DNA of 64,000 bases from Anthoceros angustus (Eukaryota; Plantae; Anthocerotophyta), in contig VJWM01000219.1 in assembly GCA_010909165.1 (NCBI GenBank), forward strand, positions 124,001 to 188,000, written 5' to 3'. The position numbers were made by a program, and so were the translations under genes. Shown one piece after another: positions 31,436 to 44,030 of the stretch (positions within the stretch are counted from its first letter, which is position 1; each line of letters opens with the position of its first letter). Below the pieces are notes generated by a model, which worked only from the letters and a program-made list of their open reading frames with translations, ran no database searches and had not been told where the DNA came from.

Positions 31436-32344
31436 TCACATACTGCCCCGCGCCTCACCTTCCTTCGTCAGCGAAGCCCGGAAGGCTTCAACACCTTCCA
31501 TACCATGCTCCCCTACCCACGCTTCTTCAAGCGGTGTAGGCACCGTGTGGTACTTATGGTAAAACGCCTTTCTAAAGTCTGTTGCACCGCCCCGTCCATA
31601 GGGGTTGCACCCGCCACCTTCGTACTTAGCAATCCGGGCCTCTGTCGCGGTTCTCTGTTGTGCCCTCGGCCACTCACCATTGTTCTGATCAAGCACCTGT
31701 ACACCAAATTGAATCGCCCAAACCCACTCTTCTTTAGACACATTACCTGGGCGCAAGTGCTTCTCATAGTCGCCCCGTTTTCGCACATCTGCAGCTGCCA
31801 GCTTCACCCTCCCCAGGCAGAATGAATTCTTGGTCCGAGACCGTTGGGAGAACTGTTTGATGATGAAATCCCGGTTGGTAACTCCGGGGAAACTCTCTTG
31901 GATGATGTCAATCAACTCCGTGCGTAGCTCTGGTGAATGCTCCGACCAGGGCTTCAACAAAGTCATGCGTGTGTGCACTAGCTCCGACACTCTTTTCTGA
32001 AACCGGCGCTTGGAGCTCCCGCTCAACATCCCAAACATCTCATCTCGGACAACTTTGCCTGGACATGCTGCATCCTCGCTGCACACACGTCTAGCCTCAG
32101 CCAAAACTGCAGACCTCCCATGGATTTTCACGGCTGCCAAGAGAAAATCTTCCAGGTTGGCAGTCTTAAGGACTTCCCACGGGGCTGGAACACTCCCCCT
32201 CTCAGTGAGCATCTGCCCGCAAGTGGGGAGGAATGATGCCTCCCACATTTGTTCGAATGTCCGGGCTCCAACTCGATCCCAAAGCCTCCTCGCCGACCAA
32301 ACCATCAAAAGGCGTCGGCGGCTGGCAGTCGCGTGTCTCCGCAC
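31436..32344 (-). CDS. TnpA-like second ORF of the CACTA
   Basis: 302-aa ORF downstream of tnp2. It shares a pattern (P..V...EW; YGRGG) with the ORF in the second CACTA at 63.5-63.9 kb. Confidence 0.5.
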   Translation of the reverse strand: MRRHATASRRRLLMVWSARRLWDRVGARTFEQMWEASFLPTCGQMLTERGSVPAPWEVLKTANLEDFLLAAVKIHGRSAVLAEARRVCSEDAACPGKVVRDEMFGMLSGSSKRRFQKRVSELVHTRMTLLKPWSEHSPELRTELIDIIQESFPGVTNRDFIIKQFSQRSRTKNSFCLGRVKLAAADVRKRGDYEKHLRPGNVSKEEWVWAIQFGVQVLDQNNGEWPRAQQRTATEARIAKYEGGGCNPYGRGGATDFRKAFYHKYHTVPTPLEEAWVGEHGMEGVEAFRASLTKEGEARGSM

Positions 32345-32399
32345 TCACGTGGAATGGCTCGTTGATATCATCTTCCACTTGAGCGTCCTCCCACGGCGG

Positions 32400-35300
32400 T
32401 AGTCCTTCCCTATTCTCCACCCACGCATGGGCCATGGCTCCCTTCACATTCCCACATTGCCGCAAGACGCACGGAACAACTTGATTACAATTTCAAGGTG
32501 ATTTACGCCTCATGGGTGAGTCGAAGACAAAGCCATCTCTTACCTCGGGAGCACGGATGACAATTAATTTCCGTTGCGCCTTTGTGGACCGGGCACCGGA
32601 AACATCCGGATCAACAAGATTATGCACTTTGGGCAACACACTCAAGAATAGCGTCAGTGGTTAGAACCACCCCCGGTTTCCCAAACCCAGGTCCGCCGCC
32701 ACCCCTTGTCATATCAACGTATTTGCTCCATCCTTATTCACGCCCGACCTGCTGCCACAGTTTACACATCAGGCGGCAAGCATGGAAGTACAAGCGGATA
32801 TCGGCATAGCCACGCATGACTCGCGGGCCATTCATCAGCGCCACAATTTAAACATCAAGTGACGGATATCGATAAGATGCGGGCTTCAAGAATTCACGCC
32901 CGACCTGCTGCCACAATTTAAACATCAAAAGGTGCATGGAAGTACAATTTTAGCCACCTCGCGGGCTTCAAGATTGTAATTGAGACACAGAGATGGGGAC
33001 CATGCCTAAATATATTTTTGAGCCACCGGTGTCTAGGCTTTCTGGCACTTTCCACGCTGCTGCTCCCATAGCCCACCATCGCTAGGCGATCCATCATATG
33101 CATCACGCAATCCGTGCACCGCCATATTCGGTTGACACATATCCTACGCTTTGTGACGAACAAAGTGGCCAAGGGTTCATCTTTTGCATTCACGCCTGTT
33201 TCCTCCTTGTTGCCATGGTGCGCGTCTCGTACTGGTGTCGGCAACAACAACCGAGTTTGTGGCACCTGACCTTGAACGTGGAAGCTCATTGCTTGGTTTG
33301 TGGGAGAGGCCCAAGCCTGACGACGCCACCGATGCGAATGGAGACGCGGTCACATCAATGAACATCTTTATTTAAGGTAATCATCCATTATATAGAATAG
33401 ACTCCTACGGGACCCCACAAAGCAGGCCATATTTTGCTCCTACTCTACGACTGTGCTATCCCACCTAGCGTGGATGGGGGTGCATATCATCCATTGCCGT
33501 CGCTCAACCATGACGTCCGATGGGCAAATGCTTGAGTGGCGTGTTCGAAGCGTCGCGGTCGATTACATGATCCGCCCGTACACGCAAGGGCGTCGGTATC
33601 GACCAAAATCGGCTGTAATCACGGACCATGGAGGGCGGGTCGTGATCCGGTCACACTGCATGGACATTCGGCGAGCGAGCGAACATCGACCGTCGCACTC
33701 TACTTGAGAACACGCCGATCCAAAAGTACTCCGATGGTGTTGCCCCGATCATCTCGAATGATCCATAGACCCAACTATCTTGTGTTGCCTTCGATTGGCA
33801 TCCACCGCTTGTGTCCAAAATGATACCCCTTGAGTTCAAACCCTGTATTGTATGACAAGCCGCGGCCCATTGCACAGCGCTCTAAATTCGGCCAGATTCG
33901 GGCTGTTGTTCCATACCCCGGCCGCAAGGCCTGCCCTTAACCACGTCTTGAAATCCACCTCATCCCGTTGGGCATGCCTATCGTACTCCTCACGGATGGG
34001 CCCCATAACTGCGGAATGCAACAACAAGTACCAATGCAGACGGCTGCGGTCGTCCGGGCTAAGCTCCACCTGTTTGCCCACGCCGATTGGGCGGTCTTCT
34101 TGAACAAAATCCGCACCGCCTCTTGTATAATGGCGATGCTCGGGTGTGCTTCGCCATAAACTCATCGCATAATGCATTGCCTCCATTGCAATGTAACCGT
34201 GGCCATACTTCCTCTGCAGCACGTTCGACATGATTCTTGATAAGCATATACCTTTCCAAAGGTACATCCAAAGGTATGCACTGTACCAAATACTTCTACC
34301 TCCTCCATAATATGGAATATCATATGCTGCATCGGGTTCCAAAAAGTTGACGGCATAAGTTGCTCAAGTGTGACCATAAGGTCGACAACCTCAAACTTCT
34401 TCATGGGTATCTCCGATATGGTGATTGCCTTTCCACATATCCACCTGTAAAGTTCGCTAAGGCGTGCAATTGCATTGTACTCCGGAGCATCCAATCGTCC
34501 TCTTAGGGCGATTGGCAAGTAGTACTCCATGATACAATGCCAATCATGGCTCTTGAGTCCAGATTACTTTTGGCCGGCAAAGCACGAATTTAAGTTGGCC
34601 CCAAAGCCGGTAGGTGGCCTCATTGCACGGATCTCGTCCTTCACTGCTTGAAGGTCACCTGCCTTCAAGACATATGAGGCCTCTGGCAGGTGTAACAAGT
34701 CATCCTCCTCCACTGGCCACAACCATGGCTTTGAGTCGTGTGACTCCATGTCTAAACGGGTTGCAAGTGTATCAGTCTGACCGGTCAGAATTCCCCATAT
34801 TGCCTTGTCATTGTTCATTTCTACATGCATTACATCCTTTGCCCATAGCTTGTGGATGCTGGTAAGGTAAGGGAGGGTGCGCAGGATAAGTGACTCCCGC
34901 GTAACTCCCCACGCCTTGGTGTTCCTCCTTTGCCGCATCACCGCCGCCCACATCTGCATTTCCAACAACGCCCAGGGACAACTGCGGGCGAGGCCGTGGT
35001 CGCACCGACTTTGTTATTGAACGCGTCCATATGGAACGACCTGCGGGTATCTGCCAAGTCGAGGCACCATCGGCGGGCGCCGGCATACAACATTTTATCT
35101 AAATGTGGTGACCACCGCGGCTCTAACCCTATACCACAATCAATACACGCGGAGTTTCCACGGACTTGCAAGCCCAACAAATTTCCCAAGCGGGATAGTC
35201 ACATGTTGCAAGCAGCAATGCTGCCCGAAGCTTGAAAACTCGCAGGTCGTCAACAGGCTTCGAGAAGTCTTCACAATCCACTCCCTCCCATAGCTCAGCC

Positions 35301-36787
35301 AATTCCGCTATCAAAGGCTGCAAATAGACATCCATGTTTGCCACTTGCTTGGGACCTGGAATCACCATTGACATGAGAATGCGTTCCTTCTTGGTGGAAA
35401 GCCAAGGTGGCAGGTTCTGGATGACCAGCAGCACTGGCCATATGGAGTAGGAGGTTGACCGATGGCCAGACGGATTAAGGCCGTCTGCACAAATAGAAAG
35501 ACGCACATTCCTGTCGTCGTCACCGAAATTGTCCACGCCGTCCAAAGCTGCCCACGCAGGCGTATCAGCTAGAATCCGCATTTTACCATCTTCACTTCGA
35601 TTGCGCGCCCACCAAGTCATATCCGTTGCCATGGAGGGGCATCTAAAGATCCGCCTCAGGCGCTCCACCAAAGGGAAGTGGAAATATGCCTTCCGCGAAA
35701 CCTTGTGCCGCCCAACTGGATTGCGGTAACGGGGTAGGCCGCAAAAGCAATGCGATTCCAGTGCTCGCCGGCCCCAAAACACACAGCAATCCTGCTCACA
35801 TGCATCTATGCGGTTACAATGCTGCCCCACCTGCAGAAGAATTTGCCTTGCTTCCCGCCGCGACTGGGGCAATTGGGCTGAGGCAGGAGCACCTCGCTCA
35901 CAACTCTGAAGACATCGGTGATTGCACTATCAGATAAGTTGTGTCTCTCCTGCACGCTCATAAGTGCGAGTGTACCGGACAACCGATCGGAGTCACTGAT
36001 GCAGCGCTCGGCTATATCGAACAACGGTTTCGAGGCCTCCTCATTGAGCGCTTGATGCCATTGATCGGGGAGAGACGATATGAAACCGTGCAAATGGTCA
36101 GCCGTGCCGACGTCGGCCTGGGTAGGAGGAGTTGGAACGTCCTGGTCTCGGTGGTCGCGGCAAGGACTCTGTCGCAGTGATTGAGTGTCATCTTCCTCTG
36201 CGGCATCACCACACGGCTCCCCACCGCGCATCACACCATGTGCATCAGATGCGCCGCGACGGTTGATATTGCTGATTCGCACCTAAGTCGTGCCAGATCC
36301 ACATTTTCGGTGAATCCTGCCATTGACGGTCCAGGCAGGTAGTCGATTGGGCGCCGTCCCTGCACCGAATTCAATGACGTCTGATCAATTTCCGGTTTGA
36401 ACGGATGCATCTGTAAATTCATGAAACGGATGTAATTGCCACTACTTTAAGACGTACCTCAGAGCGTGCTACGATATCCCAGTGCCGAGCATGGGCAAGC
36501 GCAATGTCCGCCCTCACGGGATGCTCGTTACCAATGCAATTAGGACATGGGCAACGACCTCTTGAAATCTGCCGATTGTGGACTGGAGCATCCGGATCCA
36601 TGGCCGACCACAACGCGTCAAGGTTGCGTGCAAGTGAGGTGTAAAAATGAAATGCAGGCCAAGGGGGTGGATGTATCAGGGCTGGACAAGGGTCCATAAC
36701 GGTCATCACGCTCGCGTAAGCTGGGCTAATGTGGCGTGAACGGGTCTCACATCCGATACGGTCATTAGTCATAGTACAGTACAACAA
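32400..36787 (-). pseudogene. CACTA Tnp2/TnpD transposase (Transpos_assoc, Transposase_21, DUF4218, DUF4216-like), frameshifted
   Basis: RCPCPNC; IDACEQDC; RNVRLSICADGLNP; YSIWPVLLVIQNLPPW; DVYLQPLIAELAELWEGV; YYLPIALRG; PSTFWNPMQHMIFHIMEEV; RGYHF. Confidence 0.92.
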
Positions 36788-37811
36788 CGGCTATCGCGTA
36801 CCAAACGTCAACATCTGCCGCACACTGTTTTGGGTGCAAAAAACACGCTTCATTCGAACTGTTTATGCTCCTGCCTTCGTCAGAAGCTATCCTTCGTACC
36901 TCTGCAGTGTGCATATTTACGCCACAGACAGCTTCTTCCGCAGTTCATCGATTTCACTAGGTGCAGTGCCAGCGGCAAGAGCATGTGTGATGGCAAATGC
37001 TCCAGCAGCAATGCTTCGGAGGGGCCAATCCCAATGCCGCCGATGCCCCCCTTCATTCCAGCAGCTGGGCTTGTCCGTGATGCGGAACTTGTGAGCAGCG
37101 GATCTTCATCGAGTTTCGTCCAGTGCGCAAATCAACGCCGTGAGCCACGACCGGTATGTGTTCACCCGATCTGGCAGTGGGAGAATGCACCTCACCTCCC
37201 TGCTGGAGATTATGTGTGTGCTCAAGCCTTCCGCGCGGATGAGGTCGAGGTCCCTGAAGTGTGGACGCCTGGACCAGGGCGTTGGGTATTGCAAGTAGTT
37301 GAGGGGACCGCCATAGAGTTGATGGAGAAAAGCAGCCACATTACACGCCTCAGCAATGATGATGCAGGCCCCTTGCCATTGCGCCCCACAATCCATGCAA
37401 GCAATGGCCGAAGGTGGTGGGTTGGATGTGCAAGGCGGCTAGGAGCCGGCATGCTAGACCGAGCAAAGGAGCTAGGTGAATTTGTAGCAGACGTGGTCGA
37501 GGCTATGAGGGGAGTGACACCCCTCTTGAACATCCCGATTGCCGCTGAGATCGGGACACCAGTCAGTAAGATGTTTTTTGTCCCACTTCTGTTTGGCCAA
37601 AAGTTTGATGTCCTTGTTGTAGATCTGGAGCCAGCATTTGGAGAGGGTTCGAGACCGGGAATCGGTTGCCGGCTGATTGGAGGCTCGGCGATGGAAGCCT
37701 GAAGGAGCTTGAGCAAGATATCTTACACCTCAGGCTAACCAGGTGGGGCCCAAAAGTTCAAGTTCGCTCTTTCGGGCCACCATGGGATCCAAAACGCCTC
37801 GTTCTGTGGAC

Positions 37812-39085
37812 TGGGCCATCACGGCCGCTCCGGGAATTCAAAAGGGCACCCTGCAAGGTTGTCGGCACGCTGAAGATTGTTTCTTTGGATGTTGACAGGC
37901 AGCATGGCATCACCACATTGTCTCGCATGCCCTTCGTTTACAAGCGGTGAAGATTTTGTCTCGCTACTCGGATTTTGTTTCTAATGAGCGAGCTGGTTTT
38001 GAGGTGCCGAGCTTCACTCGCCATTGTGAAGACGTGCCATTGTGTTGGTAGCCGCAGAGGCTCACGATTCGGCAAGACGATGCATTCTTGTTTGAGCCGC
38101 GGACGTTGCGGCATGGTAGTGGACGTGCACGCCTCACTAGCGGGTGGAGCCTAGGCTTGCTTAGGGCAGATTCCTATGGCAGCTACCTCCAGAGGCATTG
38201 GTGAAACATGGGACTTGTCAATTTGCCGGAATTTGTAAATGGTTCAGAGATCAATAAATTACATGCTGAACTTGTTTGTGGAGTGCGAGTAGTACAGTGG
38301 TAGTACCCGTGGTATATTCTAGGTGAGGTCTCGTGCTCAACCCATGCTTTTTGTAATCGAATCAACCGGTCTTCAGAAAGATCTTACATACGAACGGTTG
38401 ATGTGGGACGGGCACGGACGGGTGGTGTGGACGGCACCAAGACGGGACCTGGGATGGGCCATCACGGCCGCTCCGAATTCAAAAGGCACCACGCAAGGTT
38501 GTCGACGCTGAAGATTGTTTCTTTGGATGTTGACAGTGCATGGCATCACCACATTGTCTCGCATGCCCTTCGCTTACAATGACAAAGGAAGATTTTGTCG
38601 CTACTCGGATTTTGTTTCTAATGAGCAGCTGGTTTTGAGGTCGAGAGCTTCACTCGCCATTGTGAAGACGTGCCATTGTGTTGGTAGCCGCAGAGGCTCA
38701 CGATTCGGCAAGACGATGTGCATTCTTGTTTGAGCCGCGGACGTTGCGGCGGATGGTGGTAGTGGGCGCACGCCTCACTAGCGGGTGGAGCCTAAACTTG
38801 CTTAGGCGATTCCTATGGCGCTACCTCCAGGCATTGGTGAAACATGGGACTTGTCAATTTTGAATTTGTAAATGGTTAGATCAATAAATTACATCCGAAC
38901 TTGTTTGTGGAGTCACAAGTAAGCCGGTGGTAGTGTATATTCTAGGTGAGGTCTCGTGCTCAACCCATGCTTTTATGGCCTTGAATCTTGCTTGGGTCTT
39001 CCAGAAAGATCTTACATACGAGCAGGTTGGCGGGGCGGGGGCAGCCACGGGGCCACGGACGGGCACCAAGACGGCACGGGATGGG
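37812..39085. repeat. ~640-bp indel-rich tandem duplication inside the CACTA
   Basis: TGGGCCATCACGGCCGCTCC starts at 37812 and 38455. Confidence 0.85.
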
Positions 39086-39350
39086 CTCGAGGATGGCCAC
39101 GGGGCGGGCTCGAGGGGCAGCCACGGGGCCAGGATCGAGGCAGGCTCGGGGGCAGCCACGGGGCAGGCTCGGGGCGGCCACGGGGCCAGGCTCGGGGGCC
39201 ACGGGGCCAGGATCGAGGCAGGCTCGGGGCAGCCACGAGGGGCAGGCACCAAGGCGGGCGGGGGCAGCCGGGCACCAAGGCGGGCGGGGACGCACGGGGC
39301 GCGAGGGCGGGCACGGACGGGCTCGGGGGCCACGGGGCGGCACAAAGGCG
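39030..39350. repeat. GC-rich imperfect minisatellite (GCCACGGGGCCAGGATCGAGGCAGGCTCGG-type); variant copy at ~40270-40570
   Basis: Direct reading. Confidence 0.8.
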
Positions 39351-39877
39351 GCGGTGGGACGAAGCGTGTGAAGGCGTGGAGTCGGTGACATAGGCCGGAA
39401 ATAACGAGAGGGCGCAGCACGTTATTATGCAGTCCACCAAATATGCCCCGCACCCACCTCGAACGTTATATTCGAGTGCGATGTTATTATTTTATAACAC
39501 CAAAATAACGGGACTTGTCCACGTGATTTGGGATGCGTAAAAAAACCCTATGTTGTGTAGTAGTGCTATCCAATCACCTGCCTTCACTTAATCCGGCGGC
39601 ATCTTCACCTCCACCGACAGGAGCAGTTTGATTTTCCATCCCACTATGCTCAGTCCCTGCTCAGTGATGTCCTCCATGGCTATTTCTGCTTGCTCTGTTC
39701 GCTGTGGCGCAGCTCGTTGCCTTCTATTGGCCTTGATCTTCAGCTCATCCATGGGTGCTGGCAGTGGGAAGGCTGCGATTGCCGGTGATTCTGACTATTA
39801 GGATGATCGCCATCGTTTTCAGTCTCGAGCTCGCTTCGCGCCTGTTGCCCGTTGCTAGTTTAACCCCTCTTGTGGTT

Positions 39878-39886
39878 AAGGGGGTG
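39878..39886 (+). promoter_or_regulatory. Polypurine tract of the copia element
   Basis: AAGGGGGTG directly before the 3' LTR. Confidence 0.85.
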
Positions 39887-40068
39887 TGTTGGAATAACTT
39901 AGGGTTATTTATATAACCACTCCTTAGGGTTAAATAGCTAGGGTTACCGAAAGGTCACTTAGAGAACAAGATATATGTATATAAGATATTCTCTTGACCG
40001 CAATAATTATGATGTTTTATTTCCATGTTTTCTTAGTCATTGTCCCAGTGATTCTAAGCAAATTGACA
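39887..40068 (+). repeat. Copia 3' LTR
   Basis: Matches the 5' LTR; followed by TSD TCTTC. Confidence 0.95.
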
Positions 40069-42594
40069 TCTTCAATGGTCGCAAATGATCGACCACATGA
40101 AAAACCTAGCAGGGTTCAACTTCATCAATCTCTTCCATCTTCAAGCATCCGAATCTGCATACTAGCTCATCAAAAAGAGCTCAAACCATGCGTTGCTTCT
40201 TTCTTTTACCCACCAACCCGAATCTTGTAACCGGTCTTCCAGAAAGATCTTACATACGAGCAGGTTGTGAGGGGCGGGCACGGACGGGTGGGCAGGCACC
40301 AAGACGGCACGGGATGGGCTCGAGGATGGCCACGGACGGGCTCGGGACGGCCACGGGGCCAGGATCGGGGCTGCCCTGGGACACCTGATCTGCCTCCTGG
40401 GACGGCCACGGGATCGGCTCGGGACGGCCACGGACGGGCTCGGGACGGCCACGGACGGCACAAAGACCTGCTAGACGACGCACCAAGACGCACGGACGCA
40501 CGGACGCCGAGGACGGGCACGGGATGGGCTCGGGGCAGGCACGGACGGGCAGGCGGCACAAAGACGGCAAACGTGGAAGGCGTGGACGCTCAGTGACATA
40601 GGCCGGAAATAACGAGAGGCGCGACGTTATTATGATCCACCAATATGCCCCGCACCCACCTCGAGCGTTATATTCGAAAAGCGATGTTATTATTTTATAA
40701 CACCAAAATAACGGGACTTGTCCACGTGATTTGGGATGCGTAAAAACCCTATGTTGTGTAGTAGTGCTATCCAATCACCTGCCTTCACTTAATCCGGCGG
40801 CATCTTCACCTCCACCGGCAGTAGCTTGATTTTCCATCCCACTATGCTCTCCACCGCGTGATGTCCTCCATGGCTATTTCTGCTTGCTCTGTTCGCTGTG
40901 GCGCAGCTCGTTGCCTTCTATTGGCCTTGATCTTCAGCTCATCCGCCGCTGGCACAAGCAGGGAGATCGCGATTGCCGATGAGATTCACTATTAGGATGA
41001 TCGCCATCGTTTTCAGTCTCGAGCTCGCTTCGCGCCTGTTGCCCGTTGCTAGTTTAACCCCTCTTGTGGTTAAGGGGGTGTGTTGGAATAACTTAGGGTT
41101 ATTTATATAACCACTCCTTAGGGTTAAATAGCTAGGGTTACCGAAAGGTCACTTAGAGAACAAGATATATGTATATAAGATATTCTCTTGACCGCAATAA
41201 TTATGATGTTTTATTTCCATGTTTTCTTAGTCTGTTGTCCCAGCGATTCTAAGCAAATTGACATCTTCAATGGTCGCAAATGATCAGCCACATGAAAAAA
41301 CCTAGCAGGGTTCAACTTCATCAATCTCTTCCATCTTCAAGCATCCGAATCTGCATACTAGCTCATCAAAAAGAGCTCAAACCATGCGTTGCTTCTTTCT
41401 TTTACCCACCAACCTGAATCTTGGTATAGGGAGATATACTTCGCTACTACCATTTTGTGCAACCAATTCACACACGTGAAGAGATGTTTGCCTAATCATA
41501 GAACCTCATCATGGTCATCATCATTCGACATCTTTCTACGTTTGAATAGCCCAACATAGCCCAATGACCTCTGGTAGCCAAACACAAGCTTATGAATACA
41601 TATTTGCAAGATGAGCACACAAGTAAGCAAAAGCAACATGATTAAATATTTAATTTGTGGCTCCATCGGGTCCAAAAGATATGAGCCTCTTCATCTTCAA
41701 CACCAATATATTCAGACAAATTGAGAACTGGCTGATTTACCGATGCACAAAACCCTACAAGCAAAAAATAGTTGAGATTTGGCCTCGGATACGATGGAAT
41801 ACGTGCGAAAAAAATGAAGACCGTAGTCGGGTCTCACAAGGGTGACTTGGAGTAATTTTTATCTAGTTTAGTTCGATGGCTTGTCTGTGGGATCATGGTT
41901 CATAATTAAGCAGCTGTCTCTTGCACACCGTGACCCCACACAGTCATACTACCTTCCTCCACTGCGCGGGTAGACCGATTTTGGCGCCAACCTGAGCTGA
42001 GGTGGTGGGTATATTGAGCAGAGGGACAAAGCGATGATTTGTCTCTTATCCCTCGTATTCTACCGCGGCTGAATCGGGAGTGTCTTACGTCGTCGCGGCG
42101 TGGTTTCGTTGAAGGTCAACACTGCTCCAACCTCACAGGCCATCCGGTGTTTCACGGGAACATACGTGGTCCCTGTTGATGTGCCTTTGGCCGAGGTCAT
42201 CCACAGCGCTACCAAAGAGTAGCCGAAAGTGCTGCTCACAATGTGCTCGAGCAGGAAGACGCGTAGCTAGACATGTTCCGAGACTTGTATCCAGCTCTCA
42301 GGGCCCGCTCTGTAATCAATTATGACAATTGACGCCGGATGTCTAAATTGCGGCTGCAGATCCTGGCGGCCGCAGTCTCGTTAATTGCCTTAACAGATTG
42401 CAAGGATCGAGGAGACAGAGGTTATGCACAAGGCGAAACATGTTTAGCCAGATGGCAAAACATGGAATATTCCCATAAATATGCTTTACTACTTGTTTTG
42501 CCATATGTGCCTTTGGAGCGGCGAATGTAGGCTAAACTTGGCGCCGACCAGGCATTGGATGATTTCCCATGCAGGGAGTGGAATTCCAGTAACT

Positions 42595-43200
42595 GCTGCT
42601 GACGATGTGAAACGACCAGGAGTAGATGGCATTCTCCTTGGTGCCCTTGCTGGTGGCCACAAAGAAGCCCACTTAGGACGACACATTCACGATCTGTGAG
42701 AGGTTGAGCACGGAGTAGGTGAAGAGGAGGGTGGCGCCGCTCCTGGAGCCGTGTACCAGGCCAGGCGCACCTCTATTTGCTGTCGCCCGGCGTTGTAGTC
42801 GATCTAGGCGGTGAGCTTGCGCACAACCTTGTCGGCTAAGGCCAGGTCCAGTGCCGCCACATCATTGGTGATGGCGGACACGAGGCTGTTCACGTCCAGG
42901 CTGACGTGATGCCCATGGGGGTCTCGCCCAACAGTCCTTGTTCCCGTGCGTGTCAAACTCCATGGCCAGAAGCTAGATGGCGGAATGCCTGTGCCGCGCC
43001 TCGGCATCGTGCATCCCTAGGTCCTCGCCTTGGTTCCCCATGGGTACCTCCTACCCCAACGCGATGAGGGAGGCCAACCCGTCCTTCATGTACCCCATGC
43101 ATCCAGGAGAAGGTGAAGATAGTGGAGAAGGACGCCTCCACCTTACTGCTCTCATCCAAGAAGAGGATGGGCTCCGTGAATGTGGCCCTCACAATGCCCT
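42595..43200 (-). pseudogene. Legume (L-type) lectin domain pseudogene
   Basis: FTEPILFLD...ASFSTIFTFS, DGLASLIA, LAMEFDTHGN, DPHGHHVSLDVNSLVS, IDYNA...IEVRL, VGFFVAT, IYSWSF; in-frame stops and frameshifts. Confidence 0.8.
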
Positions 43201-43869
43201 ACTGCCTAAAGCCCGGCACTGGTAGCAGCCTGCTCCCGTCCGACGCTGGGGCTGCATCCTCGCTCATGATCATGCAAGCATAGGTGCCGTAGCTGGGGCA
43301 TGTATTGTGTGAGGAGCAAGTGCAGTCTAAGGAGCAGGAGCTGTAGCAACGTCTAGGGAGCCTTCATTGTTCCTTCGAAGATGTGTTCTTGCATTGGGAT
43401 CTGTTTAAACTCCCGTTGTGAGACCCTGCATTACGAAGGGAAATTCTCGTGTGCTGAGAATACAAATTATGTTATCGTCTTCATTCTTACTTCAACAGCG
43501 AACGCAAAACAACCTTGAAAGAGGGTTGTTCCTGTACCAGGATCTGTTCATGTTGCAGCTATGAGAGGCGTTACAGCATGGATTTCTTGTTTGCCATCAA
43601 TCGGGATTCTGTTCTGGCAGAGGCTCATGCCTATGCCTATGCATTGTGTCATTCGTGTAAGCTGAATGAAAATAATGATATGAGTGTTCAGGAATTCTTC
43701 AAAAACTTGAATTGGTCCTTTTAAAACCCACTCTGTGGACTCCTCCAACAGTCACAGGAAAGCAAGTGCATAGGTTGCAAGTTAGGTACTAGGTTGCGAG
43801 ACTAGGTAGGTAGGTACCGTAGTTATTTCACAATAAATCGTATCGGAAGGCAAGTGCATAGATAGTTTG

Positions 43870-44030
43870 CAAATTATTCATGCGTATTGTAGAGTCTCTC
43901 AAAGTTTCTTTGATGGTTTGAGGCTTGAATCGGGGTGGCATGAAGACGACATCTTGTGTTGAATTCCAAGTGCCTTGGTGAAGGCCTGCCTGAAGCCGGT
44001 GGTGAAGTTTGTGTCCCCACTCTTGGAAGT
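43870..44030 (-). mobile_element. Ty3/gypsy integrase core relic
   Basis: SGDTNFTTGFRQAFTKALGIQHKMSSSCHP resembles SDRDxxFTSxFW...LG....MSSAYHP. Confidence 0.55.

Larger units (their letters stand above)
29680..39565 (-). mobile_element. CACTA (En/Spm) DNA transposon nested in the copia 3' UTR
   Basis: CACTACAGCAAAACAATGGGGTTTTT at 29680; AAAAACCCTATGTTGTGTAGTAGTG ending 39565; 3-bp TSD CTA on both sides; internal Tnp2 domains. Confidence 0.92.
23032..40068 (+). mobile_element. Ty1/copia LTR retrotransposon, full length but rearranged, with a nested CACTA
   Basis: TG...CA LTRs at 23032-23215 and 39887-40068, PBS, gag-PR-IN-RT-RH order, PPT, and 5-bp TSD TCTTC at 23027-23031 and 40069-40073. 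Confidence 0.93.
38983..41423. repeat. ~1.2-kb tandem duplication (CACTA end, copia 3' UTR, PPT, LTR and flank); extra LTR at 41081-41263, extra TAGTG end at 40766
   Basis: Units 38983-40219 and 40220-41415; GAATCTTG at 38983, 40220 and 41416. Confidence 0.9.

Noticed and set aside
39566-39830. Antisense ORF in the copia 3' UTR spanning the CACTA insertion site
   Set aside because: The rejoined frame contains an in-frame TAA, and the two copies disagree.
41982-42545. TGGCGCC motifs as PBS
   Set aside because: No adjacent CA-terminated LTR could be identified.
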